This document shows positions 62,759 to 64,000 of a DNA stretch of 64,000 nucleotides, in pieces. The stretch is from a virus (taxonomy: Duplodnaviria > Caudoviricetes), in IMG/VR virus record IMGVR_UViG_2855933439_000001, positions 6,098 to 70,097 of that record. One strand, written 5' to 3'. A program made the position numbers and the translations under genes. Every line of letters begins with the position of its first letter. The stretch's first letter is position 1. Under the pieces are notes generated by a model. That model saw only the letters and a list, made by a program, of their open reading frames with translations, did no database searches and had not been told where the DNA came from.

Positions 62759-64000
62759 TGGTCCTCCCGATGTCCCGGCCTCAGCTCCATCCCCGCTCCG
62801 GCGTCTACTGGCTGCGCAAGCGCGTGCCGGCTGACCTCGTGGCCGCCGTCGGCAGGCGGGAGGTGACGCTCAGCCTGCAGACGAAGGATCCGGCAGAGGC
62901 CAAGAAGCGGTACGCCGAGGAGCTCCTGAAGCTGGAGCGGCAGTGGGCCGGCCTCCGGTCGGGACCATGCAGCCTGATCGAGGTCGAGGCGCATGGGCTC
63001 GCCTGCAAGGTCCACGATTGGTGGCTGGAGACCCACCGGGCGAACCCGAGCGAGCAAAGCTTCTGGCCCGTCGATCTCGCTGACAAGCTCTGGGCGTCCC
63101 CCACCCCGGTTGGAGCCGAGACGCTGCTCGACGAGCTTGTGAATGGCCGAATCGGTCCGCATCAATGGCGCATCCGCGAGTTGCAGACCTGGTGCGAGCA
63201 GACGGCCGGGACGGTGCTGGAGAAGCACTGGCTGATCGTTGACGAAATTAGCCGAGCGAGGCTTGCGAGGGCTGTGGCCGCGGCGGGTGCAGCGGGCCAG
63301 TCTCACGCTGAACTGGCATGCCCGAGGCGAGTTCGATGGGGTGCGGCAGAGTGATGCCATGCTCGCAGCTGCTGCCCCCCTGCGTGTGGCCGCTGCTCGA
63401 CAGCCGGTCGGATTCGACGAACTGGTGAAAGGGTGGGCGGCGGAGAAGCGGCCGGCGGAGAAGACACGCTACGAATGGACGCGCGTGATGGCGCAGTTCT
63501 CCTCTTTTCTCGGCCACGAGGACGCGGCACGGGTAACGCCTGACGACGTGCAGCGCTGGAAGGAGGCGCTGATCGCGAAGGGCTTGGCTCCAAAGACCAT
63601 CAGCGATGGCAAGCTGGTGGAGCTCCGCAGTATATTTCAGTGGACTGCAGACAACCGCCGGCTGATGAGCAACCCGGCCGAGCGGGTCAGCATGGATGTG
63701 AAGCGGAAGGCCTCTGAGACGATCCGCATCTTCACGGACGAGGAGGCTTCGATCGTCCTCCGAGCGGCCCTGACACAGAAGGATCCCGTTCTGCGGTGGG
63801 TCCCATGGCTCTGCGCCTACTCAGGCGCGCGTGTCTCCGAGGTGTGCCAGCTGCGGGTTCAAGACGTGTGTCAGATCGAGGGTGTCTGGTGCATGAGGTT
63901 CGATCCTGAGGTAGGTCCGTTGAAGACGGCCAGCTCGGAGCGCGCGGTGCCGCTGCACCAAGCTCTGTTAGACCCCGTTTCATAAAGCTCGTGCGAGTCG
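62758..64000 (+). pseudogene. DUF6538-type tyrosine integrase with two frameshifts; continues beyond the window
   Basis: HPRSGVYWLRKRVP; extra G near 63286 (AVAAA|VQRASLTL); YSGARVSE, LKTASSER; one missing base near 63977 gives TAA at 63983-85, while the other frame reads FIKLVR. Confidence 0.8.

Noticed and set aside
1-64000. Intact tRNA, rRNA or IS elements
   Set aside because: None recognised by eye; tRNAscan-SE and ISEScan would be needed to exclude them.

Overview
The window is mostly one apparently complete, high-GC temperate prophage (about 2.3-52.3 kb). An alphaproteobacterial, probably Methylobacterium-like, host is inferred from composition, MucR and the gene families. Its modules are int/xis, a leftward early operon, a cI/cro switch with visible operators, a split primase/helicase with an iteron-rich origin, a lambda-type cos/terminase/portal, a protease-capsid fusion, a Mu-type contractile tail, several receptor-binding proteins, lysis genes, a metallophosphoesterase and a dNMP kinase. 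Left of the prophage are a short-type adenylate-kinase-like gene and a HEAT-repeat ORF that runs off the window and is missing from the ORF track. Right of it is a lower-GC defence locus (Vsr, C5-methyltransferase, GHKL/MORC ATPase, Z1, DUF4420, AIPR; Mza-like but without mzaA), then a tRNA-Leu-like 3' att fragment and a frameshifted second integrase. The strongest leads are a GH5 endoglucanase-type gene with its catalytic set intact, bracketed by a duplicated terminator-RBS element; a two-HTH CI with two operator variants; an antisense pair of paralogous orphans; 27-bp repeats sharing a core with the putative cos; and the kinase/HEAT pair. All family assignments come from motifs read by eye. 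No searches were run, and several starts were re-picked from the ORF track.
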